Shown here: positions 38,613 to 51,084 of the stretch, in pieces
Layout of the letters: every line of letters begins with the position of its first letter
How positions within the stretch are numbered: position 1 is the first letter of the stretch
Source: Takakia lepidozioides
Lineage: Eukaryota; Plantae; Bryophyta
Assembly: GCA_030704615.1 (NCBI GenBank)
Contig: CM060732.1
Location: forward strand, 63,984,001-64,048,000
DNA length: 64,000 nucleotides
Direction of reading: 5' to 3'
Notes under the pieces: generated by a model
Databases searched by the model: none
What the model saw: the letters and a program-made list of their open reading frames with translations, nothing else
What the model was told of the DNA's origin: nothing
Translations under genes and position numbers: made by a program

Positions 38613-39337
38613 TGTCGCGCACCTCACTTCGGTAAGCTCCTCTTCAAGTCATAGGTACTCGCTTAGATGCGCGCGCCTAACTCCCGACCTGGCCGCCGGG
38701 CCAACTCGGAGCTTCAGCTGTTCACTGGGACATAACGGACCCCCTTTACTCTTCCAAAAGACCCTCCACCAATTTGGGCCTAGTGGAAATTCCCTTTGGT
38801 AGATGGTAGTCTGGAATAGCTCCCCTTTCTTTGGTCGCTTTCCGGCTCGCTCGCTTATTCACTAGTTTTTGGTCACCAACGGGCTTGCACCGTTCTCGGG
38901 GTTACTACTCCCTATATATACTTCTGTGACTGTCCGCGGGGGTTTCACAAACAACCCTGCCATTTTATGGCGAACCACCACGAAGACCCTCGACTCCCGG
39001 TGATGAGTCGCGGTGAGTCTTGGCCCACCCACCACGGCCCCATTGGACCGTGATGAGTCCTAAGACTCCCCACGACTCCCACCACAAGGTCTCCGCCCCA
39101 TGGTGAGTCCTATGCCACCCCCACTAAGTCCCGCTAAGCTACCACCACCCCTTGTGGAGCCACCCCCATCGCAACCCGGTGTGTGGGGCTCCACCTAGTA
39201 AGCACCTCCGCCGCCTTGAGTGCCTTGGGCACTCAAGGGTGCTTCAGCCCCCGTAACTATCGCTGCCACTGCCCCCACCACAGGGGCAGCCCCTCTTGCG
39301 TCCCGACCCCCTGCCCTCAAGGCACAGGGCCGCGACA
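38613..39337 (-). repeat. LTR D (5' LTR of outer element)
   Basis: TGTC...GACA termini, followed by TSD TGTAG. Confidence 0.95.
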
Positions 39338-40102
39338 TGTAGTTTAGAATATGTCCTTCAATGTGAAGTGGATATCTACAACACATAAATGATCAAAAAT
39401 TTCTCCTCAAAATTGTACAATCGAAATCCGCTTTGGCAACAACCTTCACAGAAACCAAGACACGATGATTAGAATCACATTAGAGTAACAAATCCACTAC
39501 AACATGAATGAGCCTCTAGCCAATCAAGAAACAATCTAGAAATTAGCTAGTTACTAGAAATAGAAAAAGAATGAATCGAAATTGAATTTACCCTATTAGA
39601 AATGTGTTCCGCAAAAGGGATGGAACTTGCTCAGTGAAACCACTTTCTTCTCCAAAGAATCGAGCCTCAAGTTCATTGCCTCGGTATCGCCTTGGATCTT
39701 GGTCGTATCGCCCTGGAGCTTGGTGGCATCGCTAGTCAACCGCTCAAGGTGAGACACAATTAGAGCACTCTGCGCACTCTCATGCATGCTCAAGAAAATT
39801 GTTGATCCGAAAGTGGCGCGGCGCGATCCAAAAGAGTTTGCCCGCCACTACGTTGCCAAGCCTCTTAACCGCAACCCCTCCAAATTGCCACCATAGAGCC
39901 ATTTCCGAAACTGGTGAGTAAGCCTGGGCGTCGGACGTGTGCTCAGATGCATACAAAGTTACGCTTGCTCCGAATCACTCAGAATACTAAGTTAACATAT
40001 CTAACAACAACTAACCAAACAGCTATGAAAAACACCGCGAGCAATCTAACGAGCAACAATAACGATCGAACGAGCAATCCAACAAGCAAAAACAACGAAA
40101 GT

Positions 40103-40285
40103 ATGCTTCCGGGTCGCACCGACAACGCCATCAAGAACCACTGGAACTCCATGCTTCGGCGCAAACACACCGACGCCCACAACAACAACAATGGCTCTAC
40201 ATCTGACACGGGCAGCTCAACGGAGAAGGACAACATTAACAACAACCATAATAGGGAAGAAGACAATAACAATCGACTGAAACAT
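40103..40285 (+). pseudogene. Isolated R2R3-MYB fragment (C-terminal half of R3 plus Asn-rich tail)
   Basis: Translates as MLPGRTDNAIKNHWNSMLRRKH..., the canonical R3 recognition helix. No R2 or first half of R3 is seen upstream. Confidence 0.8.
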
Positions 40286-41622
40286 CTTGGATCCATAAAT
40301 TTCTTTCATCTTCTCATTTCTAGCAAACATCCATTATGTCAAAGTTTAAGAAAGCCTCCATCATTGTATTTATTTCATTGTAGTATCTGATTTTCTTTCC
40401 GAATGAACTACCATATCTAAGTTTTCATTTTCTTTCTAGTCAAGGGAGGTTTGTACTTCAACAAACATAACGTCGTCCTCTGGTCATCACACTACAATAC
40501 ACCATGAGATATAACATCGATATGGTTTTACTATCATTTCAACTACTATTTCTATGAAGGCTATGCAGTTAAGAATTGCCGACAAAGCATTATTAGTAAT
40601 ATATCTATGAAAAACGTAATGTTTTACAGCTATCTGGATAATAGGACATTGGGGTACTGGATCACTCATCTCAGCCCAAAAGAATGATAACAACAACAAA
40701 CAGAGGATGCCAAAGGGAAACCACCAATTTTCCAATTATAAGTAGAAAAAATTAATCCAATTTTCGGAAGGCAGCTATTTGCCCTAGCCACCCTCCTCCA
40801 TTTCAATATGCAGCCTATCCTCTTGTGGAATTGGTTGCTTGAAAGTGTTGTTGAATCGTCCGTTTTAGGACATGTCAACGGTTGGGATCTTAACGAAGCC
40901 CTTAGGGATTTTAGGGGGTGAAGTGGCGGGTTTCATGGGGCAAAGCTTCGAGGGCCGGTGATAACGCGGGCTCCCTAGTCCGAGCTCTTGTGCGTTGTGT
41001 GTTTGTTCGGGGCTTCAAGGCTCCTCCTTGTTCCTTACCCTAGGCCCGTCTCCATCCTTCTCTGCACAAGTCTTGGATCTGATTTACAAGAGGCCATGGA
41101 AAGGTAGAGGAGAGCTTTTTATTCCTTATGTTTTTAGAGCTCAAGATCAGGTTAAACCGGAGTTGTGGTGGTTCGGTTGGAGAAAGAAGAGGTGTTACCC
41201 CTAGTGTGGAACACAGCACAGTCATCTCGGCAACACGGGGAGCAATGGTAGGGGATTACGATGGTGGCGCGGGACTATGCTCGTTGGATCAGGATTAGTG
41301 ACATGCAGTTTGGGCAGATTGACATCCCATATGTTTGTGTTTCGGGCTGGATGTCCTAGGCGCGGCTTCCTTGGGGCGTGCTTTCTGTTGCCTGAACGCC
41401 AGTGATGCTCCCTTTAGCTGGGATATATTCAAGATCATTGCAATTATTTCTTAGCAGACTTGATTCTGTAGTAAAAGGAGGCTCTGTAGCAGTATGACGA
41501 TTCACTAGAGAACATCCGCCATGTGTATACTTTTATACTGGGGGCGATGACTGCATTCGGTGAATTCTAGGTGCTTAAAGGCGGTTGTGTCAGAAGCGTA
41601 GATTGATCTGGGTTTGCTGAAG

Positions 41623-44600
41623 ATGCACAGTGGCAATTCGGTGACTGCAATGGCTGCCAGCAAAGCTGCTCAGGAAAGATTCGCCGGTGCCATGGAAAAT
41701 TTGATCCTACTGGCAGATTCAATGCAGCAGGCTGCAGCTCTGCTTTCAGATGAGGACAGTGAAGAACCTCCAAGACATGCCACCTCTTTCTTAAATGTTG
41801 TTGCTCTAGGGAATGTGGTATGTTCCCTTCTCCTTCCAGTTCGTATATTCTGTATTCGGGATGGTCTTGGGCGCTGGTTTGGGGAAAAAGAGAGGATTTT
41901 CGGACCCACGATCAAGGGCTTAAGTCTAAGTGCGCGTGAGTAAAACTCTTATGTCGAGAGAAGGCTAGCGTCTGAGAAAATTTAGCGTTAGTTGGCGTCT
42001 TGTATGATCTGACTGGTGTGCAGCAGTTGCGGCTGGGAAGAGTGTAATCTAACAGTTCTATAACTTGACCTGAAATGGTTTCACATTTATTGTATTTCTC
42101 CTCAGGGTGCGGGGAAGTCAGCAGTGCTCAATAGCGTCATAGGCCACCCTGTGCTGGTACGCTCCTTTGTCCGTCCTCATGCCTCTGCTGCAAGAATTTA
42201 CTCAAGGCCGATGTTTTTTCTGTTGTGCAAAGTTATAGGAGTGGTCTTCTTGTTGGTGCCACTTTTCGACATGACAATCGGAGTGGATGAGTTTCTCAAG
42301 AGTGCTCACTGGGAGTGGGGTAGAAATGGTTACTGTAGATGTGTGGATCACAAGGGTGTCACATGTGAGCAGCATGCTAATTGTGATGTAGACAAAACCG
42401 TGTATGGATTGATAGCAAACATAACCTCTAATGTGCTGACTCGCCACCAGACATGAGTCACCTGGATTGCAATGATTGTTTTTTTCTGTTTCAATTGTAC
42501 TGAAGATGTGTACTGTTTCAGTGTAAATCATGCCGACCTGTGTTGGGATGTACCTGAGGTTGCTTTGTGCTTCTCAAATGCTGGTGAGGCAAATTAGGGT
42601 TTAGTTCTGAACTTGTACGTCAAATGAGGTCGAAGCTACCTTGTTGTGTTTTCTTAGTCTGGGGGCAACTCTGTGAAAGGCTTAATTGGTTGGCAGGCTT
42701 TGTGCTAAGCGTCTTTGAACTTAGGTCTGGTTTTGGTGAACTTCTACATTGCATTGTGACAGCCAACAGGAGAGAATGGTGCTACACGGGCACCCATTGT
42801 AATTGACATGCAACGGGATAGCTCTGGGAGCAGCCGGGGGTTGTACGTGATACTTGACGGGAAAGCTACAAATGTCTTTGCAAGTAAGTGAATTTGATTT
42901 GACTAGTCCGTGCTTTGGTCCTTGTCAATTGGTAAGATTTTGCATGTGATATCTTGCTGGTTGTGGTGGTTCTGTAAATTAGTTTCAAGGCTTACAGGTG
43001 CTTTAAATACATGTTGATCATTGTACAGGTGACATTCGCCATTCACTTCAGGGCAGATTGAAGAATTGGTTACCAAATTCCTCAAGGACTGGTAGATCTG
43101 ATGGAATTCACCTTGTGCTTCGTTCTGGTACAGGTGAGTCAGCCAGCCTATCTTCTCAGTTTTTCCCACTATTTTCCTAGGCTTCTAGGTCAAGTTAATG
43201 GAATACTGGGGCAGGATGGATTGAAGATGGAGTAGTTGTACTGCTGTAGGCACTGTCCTGAAGCACTGGAGGATTTGTGCGAGCCTGAAGTTTTGCCGCA
43301 AGTGCTTAGTGTTTGACAGAGTGGGCTGAATAATCTCCATGTGGGACTTTGCAGCCCCTCCATTGAAGCTAATTGACCTCCCTGGTCTTGATACGCGGGC
43401 ATCATCGGACGATTCACCTGTCAGTATCTGTCATTGTCATCCACTAGCTTGATCTCATTAGGGGTATCCCCTCTTTTTCATATAGATCTGATAGACCTCA
43501 TGATGTAATATAGATAACTTCTGGTACAGACACTGGGGCAGTGAGGTCAAGCCTCTGGCATCAAGGAAGGGTTATTTTTCTCCTTAATCTTATCTTGTCT
43601 GTATTTTTTGTCTGGACGCAAGTAAAGCATGGCACTGTTCTCAGGCTGAGGTTGGTGTCCCATTCTGCTCAATGTACAGGTTCACGATTTTGCTGAAAAC
43701 AATGATGCTGTACTCCTAGTTGTGGTACCAGCAGCTTCATCTCGTGACATTGCTGCTTCTCGCGCATTGAAATTGGCACAAGAGTTGGATCCTGAAGGTA
43801 CATAGATGGTCCACAATAGCTGCATTATGTACTGTTCTTTCACGGACTTCAGCGGGTGCTGTTGTTGTACATTCTTAAGTGGGCGCATGTAGTCATAATG
43901 TAATGGAAACGGTGAGATGGAATAGTGTAGGGAATATCTTAAAGTCTGTGTAGCTTACAGCCTGTGAGAGGGAACTTGGATCCCTCACTAGTGTACGTTC
44001 TCATAGTATGTGTAATTTTACACCTTGGTGATTCATGGTGACTGTCAATAATTTGGGCATCTGAAATGTTCTTGAATTGTGTCATCACGGGTATCTACAG
44101 GAACGAGGACTGTTGGAGTGATCAGTAAAGTGGATCAGGCAGCATCAGATCAGAGGAGTTTAGCTGCTGTGCAAGCTCTTCTTTCAGGGCAAGGTCCATC
44201 GGTCACAATGGATATTCCTTGGGTGGCATTGATTGGCCAGTCAGTGTCAATTGCAGCAGCACACGCTGGGTCGGTTAGTGCTGAGGATTCCCTAGAAACA
44301 GCTTGGAGAGCAGAGACAGAAACATTAAAGTCAATTTTAAGTGGGGCATCATCGGCAAAACTTGGAAGGGTGGCCCTTGTTGAAACGCTTGCTCAGCAGA
44401 TTCGAAAGAGGCTGAAGCAACGCCTCCCCAATCTTCTATCTGGGTAGGGTTCCGACTATCATTTTCTGATACGGTGTGCTTTCTGCTGTTTCTTATACTC
44501 ATGTTCCATGCTTCTGCAGTTAAATTGCTCAACCTGATTGTAAATTGGAGGTATAAATTCCTTTTCTGGAGCTCAAGATAATTAGGTCTTATGCAAATAG

Positions 44601-47600
44601 ATGTGTAAAGGTGGAAATCGTGAACCCCTCTTTCTCCAGAGTAGCTAACTTTCCATCATTCAACTGAACAGATTGTGCATTTAGATTTTTGATGACAGTT
44701 CAGTCTTTGCTGGTAGTATTCAATAGCCATCACGATCAAATGATGAAGTTCTAGTCTTAGGTGAGATTGTTACTGGTTAGTTAACCAGGAATGTGCAAGG
44801 CATCCTGAAACTTGGCGCAAAATCTAGTTGTCCAGTTGCTGGGATCTGAATCAGAGCAGCTGGCCACAATAAGTCAAACACATCCTGGTAAACACATAAG
44901 CAGTAAGGTGTGCAGTATGTCATGCAAGGTGGATGGGCTGGAGGTTGGCATGGATCATGAGGATACATTCAAAATAATTCAGGAAGGTTAGATTGCAATG
45001 TGAAAGTGCTTCACTTGCTCACTTGAAGGATTGTCTCCACATTGTAAAGCAGGAATACCGATCTTTCCGGGTTATGGCAGATTGCTATTCCTATTTTTGT
45101 CTTGTAAAGGCCCAATAATTGAGGCAGATGTTCATCGATCCCCCCCAAAACAGGGTATATAACGTGTCTCTGTTGTAGCGAAGAGACAAGACTCCAAAGC
45201 TCTCCTTTCACTTGAATATCAAGCTGGCAAGGATGGTGGTGCAGGTGTGAGCCAGTAAAAATTTCATTTCAGCTGGCTTCCATGCTTGAGGGACACACTT
45301 ATTTGGTTGACTCAGTTGCATGGGGAATGTGCAAGGGCACCTGAGAGTAAGTTCCTGTAAAAACTTGTTGAAAGAACTCTACCTTGAGCAGCCTACAGAG
45401 ATTAGAGTTCATGAAGTACATATAGTTCTACTCAATATAGATAGAGCAAGCAGAGATCTGAAGTCTGGAAAAGTTTTATCCTTGTTGTATATAGCGACTT
45501 GCAACCTGACTCTACCTTTATTATCCTCTCGTCACGCATCAACTCAACTGTCATCGTGTATTGTCTACCCCAGGGAACCTGTTAAAAGTGGAACCTTAAT
45601 TGAACTCAAGTAGTGTGGTGATGTTGCTGTTTGGGCAGGTTGGAGGGAAGGTCGCAGCTTGTGGAGGATGAGTTGGTAAGGCTAGGAGAGCTAAGGGTGC
45701 AGACTTCTGAGGGGACCCGAGCGATTGCATTGGAGCTATGTCGCGAATTTGAAGACAAGTTTCTCCAACATATTCAGACTGGAGAAGTAAAGAACTTGTT
45801 ACTAATGTCTGGGCTTCATTTGTTTCACAAGTCACTGTCTGTTCATCAGAAATCTGTTGGACTGAAATTACATATACGATGAGTTAGAAAGATCAAAGCA
45901 ATATTGAGCATTTTGCGATTCATTTGCATGTGGACTTAAAGATAAATGTCTGATTACAGCTGATACTGTCCAGTTGCATATCATTTATTTGGACGACTTT
46001 GTGTGAAACTGAAATACTTGCAGGGTGGAGGATGGAAAGTTGTTGCGAGTTTTGAAGGAGTGTTGCCTAACAGGATCAAACAACTACCATTAAATGATTT
46101 GTTTGAGCTCAGCAGTATAAAGAAGGTGTGGAGCAAGCCTTCATTTGGTTGTTCTTTTTCACTTCCTGGGTTTGGAGTGGCAACTTCTTTCTTGTTATGG
46201 AGGAGGATGCCCTATGATAACATCTAACAAGTCTCTGGCTTTGTTTCTGTCAGTTGGTTCTTGAAGCAGATGGCTATCAACCTTATCTGTTGTCTCCTGA
46301 AAAGGGTTTGAGAGCTTTGGTACGAAAAGCATTGGAGTTGGCCAAGGACCCAGCTCGGATCTGCGTGGATGAGGTCAGTAGGGCTTCTTTTTTAGAGGAT
46401 AGATAAGTTCATCCCCTGCCCCCTCCCCTCTCACATGGAAAGTGGAGTGCAAACAGCATGCACACAGTTTTAATGCAAGTCCATGTTGCAGAGTTTGGTA
46501 AAGCAGTCAGACATAAGAGGTAGTCACTTTGACCGTAGGGTAATTTGTGTGCTTGTGATGTAACAGGTCCATCGTATTCTTGTGGACATAGTGTCAGCTG
46601 CAGCATCTGCTACTCCTGGTTTGGGAAGATACCCACCTCTGAAAAGAGAGGTAATACTTCTCTGTGGCCTCATTGATTTTGGTTGATCTACACTGAGATG
46701 AGTACTGTTGCAGTAGTTTGTAGACAATATTGAGAAGGAGAGAGGTCTGCAGGGATGTTCTTACCCGTAAATGTAAGGTTGTCATTTTTTGAAAATCGTC
46801 TTTGTTGCATTGTCGTCAGATTGTGGCGATTGCAAGTGCTGCATTGGATGAATATCGTATTGAATCCAAGAAGATGGTCATCGCTCTTGTTGACATGGAA
46901 CGATCATTCATCCCACCACAACACTTCATCAGACTTGTCCAACGCAGGTGCAGACGTGGTCCCTTTTGTTGATTTGCATACACTACTTTGTCTGGCTAGT
47001 TTAGTTTAAGCTTTGTTTCTCTTTTTCTTTGGTGGATACTGTTGTGGATAGATGGACATTGTAGAAGTAGTTTTGGGGATGGAAAAATGAGGAGAATGTA
47101 TGGTGCCTCCTGCAAGCTCTGATACATTATCATTGCAAATCAGTGCTCAGAACTTCACATGCTTCTTTGGAATGTTCCTATTGCATGTGGTCAATCTCGA
47201 TGTCTTAGATGGAAGTTGTGCTTTCGCTTTTCTCATGCATATGGGTGAGGATACCTAAGCACAGGTCATTTATTACTTTTTCTCTTGCTTACTTTACTGG
47301 GTGGACATTTGTGGATCCAGGCTTGATAGGCTAAGAAGAGAAGATGAGCAAAAAAATCGAAGTTCGAAGAAAGCGCAGGATGCAGAACAAGCCTTGCTGA
47401 ACAGGGTTGGTCCACGAAAACCTCATGGTCCTGCACTCAAGAGTTGGCTTGGCTTTTTCTTAGCCATGCTCTCACTTAGTTTGTTGGGCAAGAGGGTTTT
47501 CGTGTCAGCATCTTTCAGTAATGGGTGGGACAGTATTACATACATAAAGCTCATGTGTGTTGATGGGAGGTTTTCAGGCAACTGCACCGCAGGCAAACGT

Positions 47601-50600
47601 ATCTGGTTCGCAGTCTGGAGGAAGTTTGAAGTCTCTGAAAGGGCAGGCTGCTCAAGCAGAGAAGGATGCCAAGGACACGCCATCAACTTTACAGACTATT
47701 GGGGAACTTTCTGCAGGTACTTAAAATTGACCAGGAAATAATTTTCTATGAACTCTCTTACTAATATTGCACATCCTAAGGATGGTCATTTTCTACTTCT
47801 ACAAGTAAGTTTCTGTACTGTCTTTTGTAGAGTCTTCAGGCTTGTTCATAAAGCTATCAAAGGAAGTGGTTGTGGTGTAGCTGAATTTTTGTTGTTCTAG
47901 TTTGTTCATAAAGGTTGATTCTTAGCTGTTTGTTCAATAGTGCCAACGTGCCTTTGTAGAAACCCTTAATTTGTGCTTGACAATGCCTACTTTGCGACTT
48001 ACCTTTCATCATTAGCATCCTCAGCTAACGTTATGGATGGAAAATCTGCAGCTGGAAATGCCTTCTAGAAACATGTATTGGAACAATAGTAGACTCCTAC
48101 CTGGCACCCAATAAACTTATCTTGTTGGGCCATTACAGGATATCTTATGAAGAAGAGTGTGAAGACAACTGGCTGGAGTAAACGCTGGTTTGTTCTGAAT
48201 GAGAAAACAAACCGGGTAAGTCATTAGAACTTCGACTTCCAACTGATCATGGTCTACCAGTTCTTGTACGCAATACACAGCAACTTTCAATTATGACTTC
48301 TTGGCAAGTTCTGGTTGGTTGAGCTTACTAGTATTTTGCAGCCTGGTGCATCTAATTGTACGTTATTTCTGTAAACCATGGATGTCATCTCAAGGCTTCA
48401 TGAAAATGTTGACCACAATTGTTCGAAATTTGGCGTGCAGTTCTCTTACACCAAAAAACCTGAGGAGAGGAACTTCCGAGGTGTGATTTCGTTAGATGTA
48501 AGTGGACTGGTTTAGAAGGCTGTATATGTCTGTCATCCAGTTTTTGGTGACGGCTTGGTTTGTGCCCATTTATGTGGATATTGAACCGGCTTTGTTTACT
48601 TTGTTTTAGTGGACAGTTTATGTTGATGTATATTGGGGCATGATTTTCTGAATGGAAGCACTTTGTGTCCCAAATCCTTCTTGACACCCTCTGTCCCTAT
48701 CTGGGGAATGTTGTCTGCAAGTGGGGTCAGTCATATCAAGGTGTGGCTGGTTTCCAGTATCATTCACAGCAGAACGGAGATTGAGAGACGAGAGGTGCTG
48801 ACTCCTGGCTCTGGCTCTTACAGGAATGTATCCTTGAAGAGGGATCTGAGGATGATATGCCAGATGAGGCTCCAGCTCCTGCTAAATCCAAGGATAAAAA
48901 GTCCTCTAATGGACAGGACAAAAAAGATGCTACACCTAATCTCGTGTTTAAGATCAGTCATAAAGTGGCCTATAAGACAGTATTGAAAGGTAGGGTTTGC
49001 TTTCCCAATTATTCTCCCGTGTTTTACTCGTTGGCTTCACCAGTCCTGCTTTACACAATTGGATGGTCTTGTTCCTTTTGAATTCCCAAGTTGTTGTCTT
49101 CAGACATGAAGTTGCGTAGACATTGCATACTGCTTGGTTGCCATTGTTGTGCTTTTTGCATCTATTTGTGTCTGTGTCGAAGTGCTAGCCTTGTGTTATC
49201 TTTGTGTTGTTGGTGCTTTGGTTCAGCAGCTGACCTGCGACTAACTGGCTTCTCCTTGTGGCCCGTCTTTCAGCTTGTACTGCTAGTATTGTTTGCTTCT
49301 ATTATTGATTGATTTTTTTTTTCCTGGGGTGGCAGCACACCATGCAGTTGTATTGAAGGCTGAGAACATGGCTGAGAAGTTGGAGTGGATGGCAAAGCTC
49401 CGAAGCTGTATCGACTCCACAAAAGGCTCGACAACTAAAGGTGGTTCTACACCATCATCTGACTCCACCATAACAGTGCGTTCAGATGGGCCCGTGGTAA
49501 GTTATTGTAGCACCAATTGGTGTGGATTTTGCCTTCCAGGGGATTGTGAGTTACATTGACTGTGGCATCACCTCAATGTTGGTAGTCACATTGTTCTGTG
49601 TTATATCAGGCCTTAAGGCAATCATATTTATTACTTTTTGGTGGTTGCAAGTTAACAGGGGGACGGTCTTACTGGCGAGTCAAGGTGTATTGACAAATGC
49701 AGTTGGGACGCAGGAAACAACTGCTATTCTAAGAAGGCCTGCAGACCCAGAGGAGGATCTCAAACTCATGGCCCAAGAAGTTCGTGACTATGTAGAAGCT
49801 GTGCTAAATAGTCTTGCAGCTAACATCCCAAAGGTGAGTCATTGATCTTGTGCCCAATTTTTGTTTATCTTTTGCGGTTTCCAGCTGTGTGTTTATGTGA
49901 TTGTTTGCATTCCATGACAGAGCTTTTAATTATGTGACTTTGCAGGCTGTAGTTCTTTGTCAAGTGGAAAGAGCTAGAGATGCGATGCTCAATCAACTTT
50001 ACAGTTCTGTCAGGTATGGACTTCCCCTGTTATGTATGATATTGTATGCTCATCTGCTGCATGATACTAGAGCAGGTAGGAAGGACTTAGTCTTCTGCAC
50101 TCGGAGATTCACCTTCGCATATGAGTGAAGCCAGGTAGCATGGTGTGTGTCAGGAAGCTGGCCATCCTAGATTCAGTTTTCGTTAGCTGTCTATATAGAT
50201 TACTTCGTGCTACCGATTGTCATACAAATCTTTCCATGGTGCTTATGTTCGGCGTGGCTTGTCTGGGCATATGCAGCGCACAGTCCACGTCAAAAATCCA
50301 AGAGCTCCTGCAGGAGGATCAAGAAGTGAAGCGGCGTCGTGAGCGATGCCAACGGCAAGCCTCCTTGCTCAACCGCCTCAGTCGGCAACTCAGCATGCAT
50401 GAAGCACGTGCATCTACAGCTGCTGGTTTTGGCGACTCGGGTAAGTGTTGAGGGTGCGGTGCTCCCTCTTCTTTTGTTTATCGAGATGAAAATTCTTGCT
50501 GGAGCAAGGAATGACAAGGGTGGGTCCAGCAGGGGCCCAACTTCAGTCGTCTCCTGTGAGAATGATCCAGCAGAAGATGCTTATCATAAAGGGAGGTTTA

Positions 50601-51084
50601 TAGACTGTGTACTGTACCACTGGTTCCCCTGAGCATATTGCAGTCATGTACTCTTGGCCATCACCCAGCTCTCAAAATGGTTTGGCCTCGGCCCGAACTG
50701 GGGGCGGGTCCGTCTAGTAGTTCTTGAGATGCAATAGTATTAAGTACGGTCACTACCTCGACTGACTCAAGATTATAGCCAAGAAAATGACAAAGGGGTT
50801 GTGAGGTTTCAGGGCCAGCGATCAGTATGGAGACAGAGGACTGGCGTGTTGCTTTTGAAGAAGCAGGCAATGACCTGCGTTCCTCATCATCCAGCTACTC
50901 CACATCACCACTACAATCCCCCAGGGATTCCAGAGGGGGATTCTCCTTGAATGGCCGGTCTTCCTCCCGCAATAATTACAGCGACAATGAGGAGAATGGG
51001 GATATTGGGCCTGGAAGCCGGCGGAATCCATCCAGACTTCCCCCACCACCGCCAGCTGTTGGCGCTCCAGTGTATAAATATTAG
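41623..51084 (+). CDS. DRP2: Dynamin-related protein 2 (GTPase, middle, PH, GED, proline-rich), ~22 exons
   Basis: N-terminus [23 protein letters not shown]...[10 protein letters not shown]|[17 protein letters not shown]|[12 protein letters not shown], then [10 protein letters not shown] (~43364), [13 protein letters not shown] (~44103), PH domain YLMKKS...[11 protein letters not shown] (~48140), [25 protein letters not shown]|AVVLCQVE, and C-terminal RLPPPPP. GT-AG introns. The start could be ATG 41623, 41650 or 41692. Confidence 0.95.

Larger units (their letters stand above)
25394..39337 (-). mobile_element. Ty3/gypsy chromovirus LTR retrotransposon (outer element, degenerate) containing a nested copy
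   Basis: TG...CA LTRs at 25394-26115 and 38613-39337. TSD TGTAG (25389-25393, 39338-39342). Met-tRNA PBS. Domain order gag-PR-RT-RH-IN-chromodomain. Confidence 0.95.

Noticed and set aside
25394-39337. Tandem array of retroelements sharing LTRs
   Set aside because: Two independent TSD pairs (TGTAG outside, CGATC inside) and the split leader show a nested insertion instead.
39596-39793. Coiled-coil-like 65 aa ORF beside LTR D
   Set aside because: Might be a TE relic, but it is too short and has no diagnostic motif.
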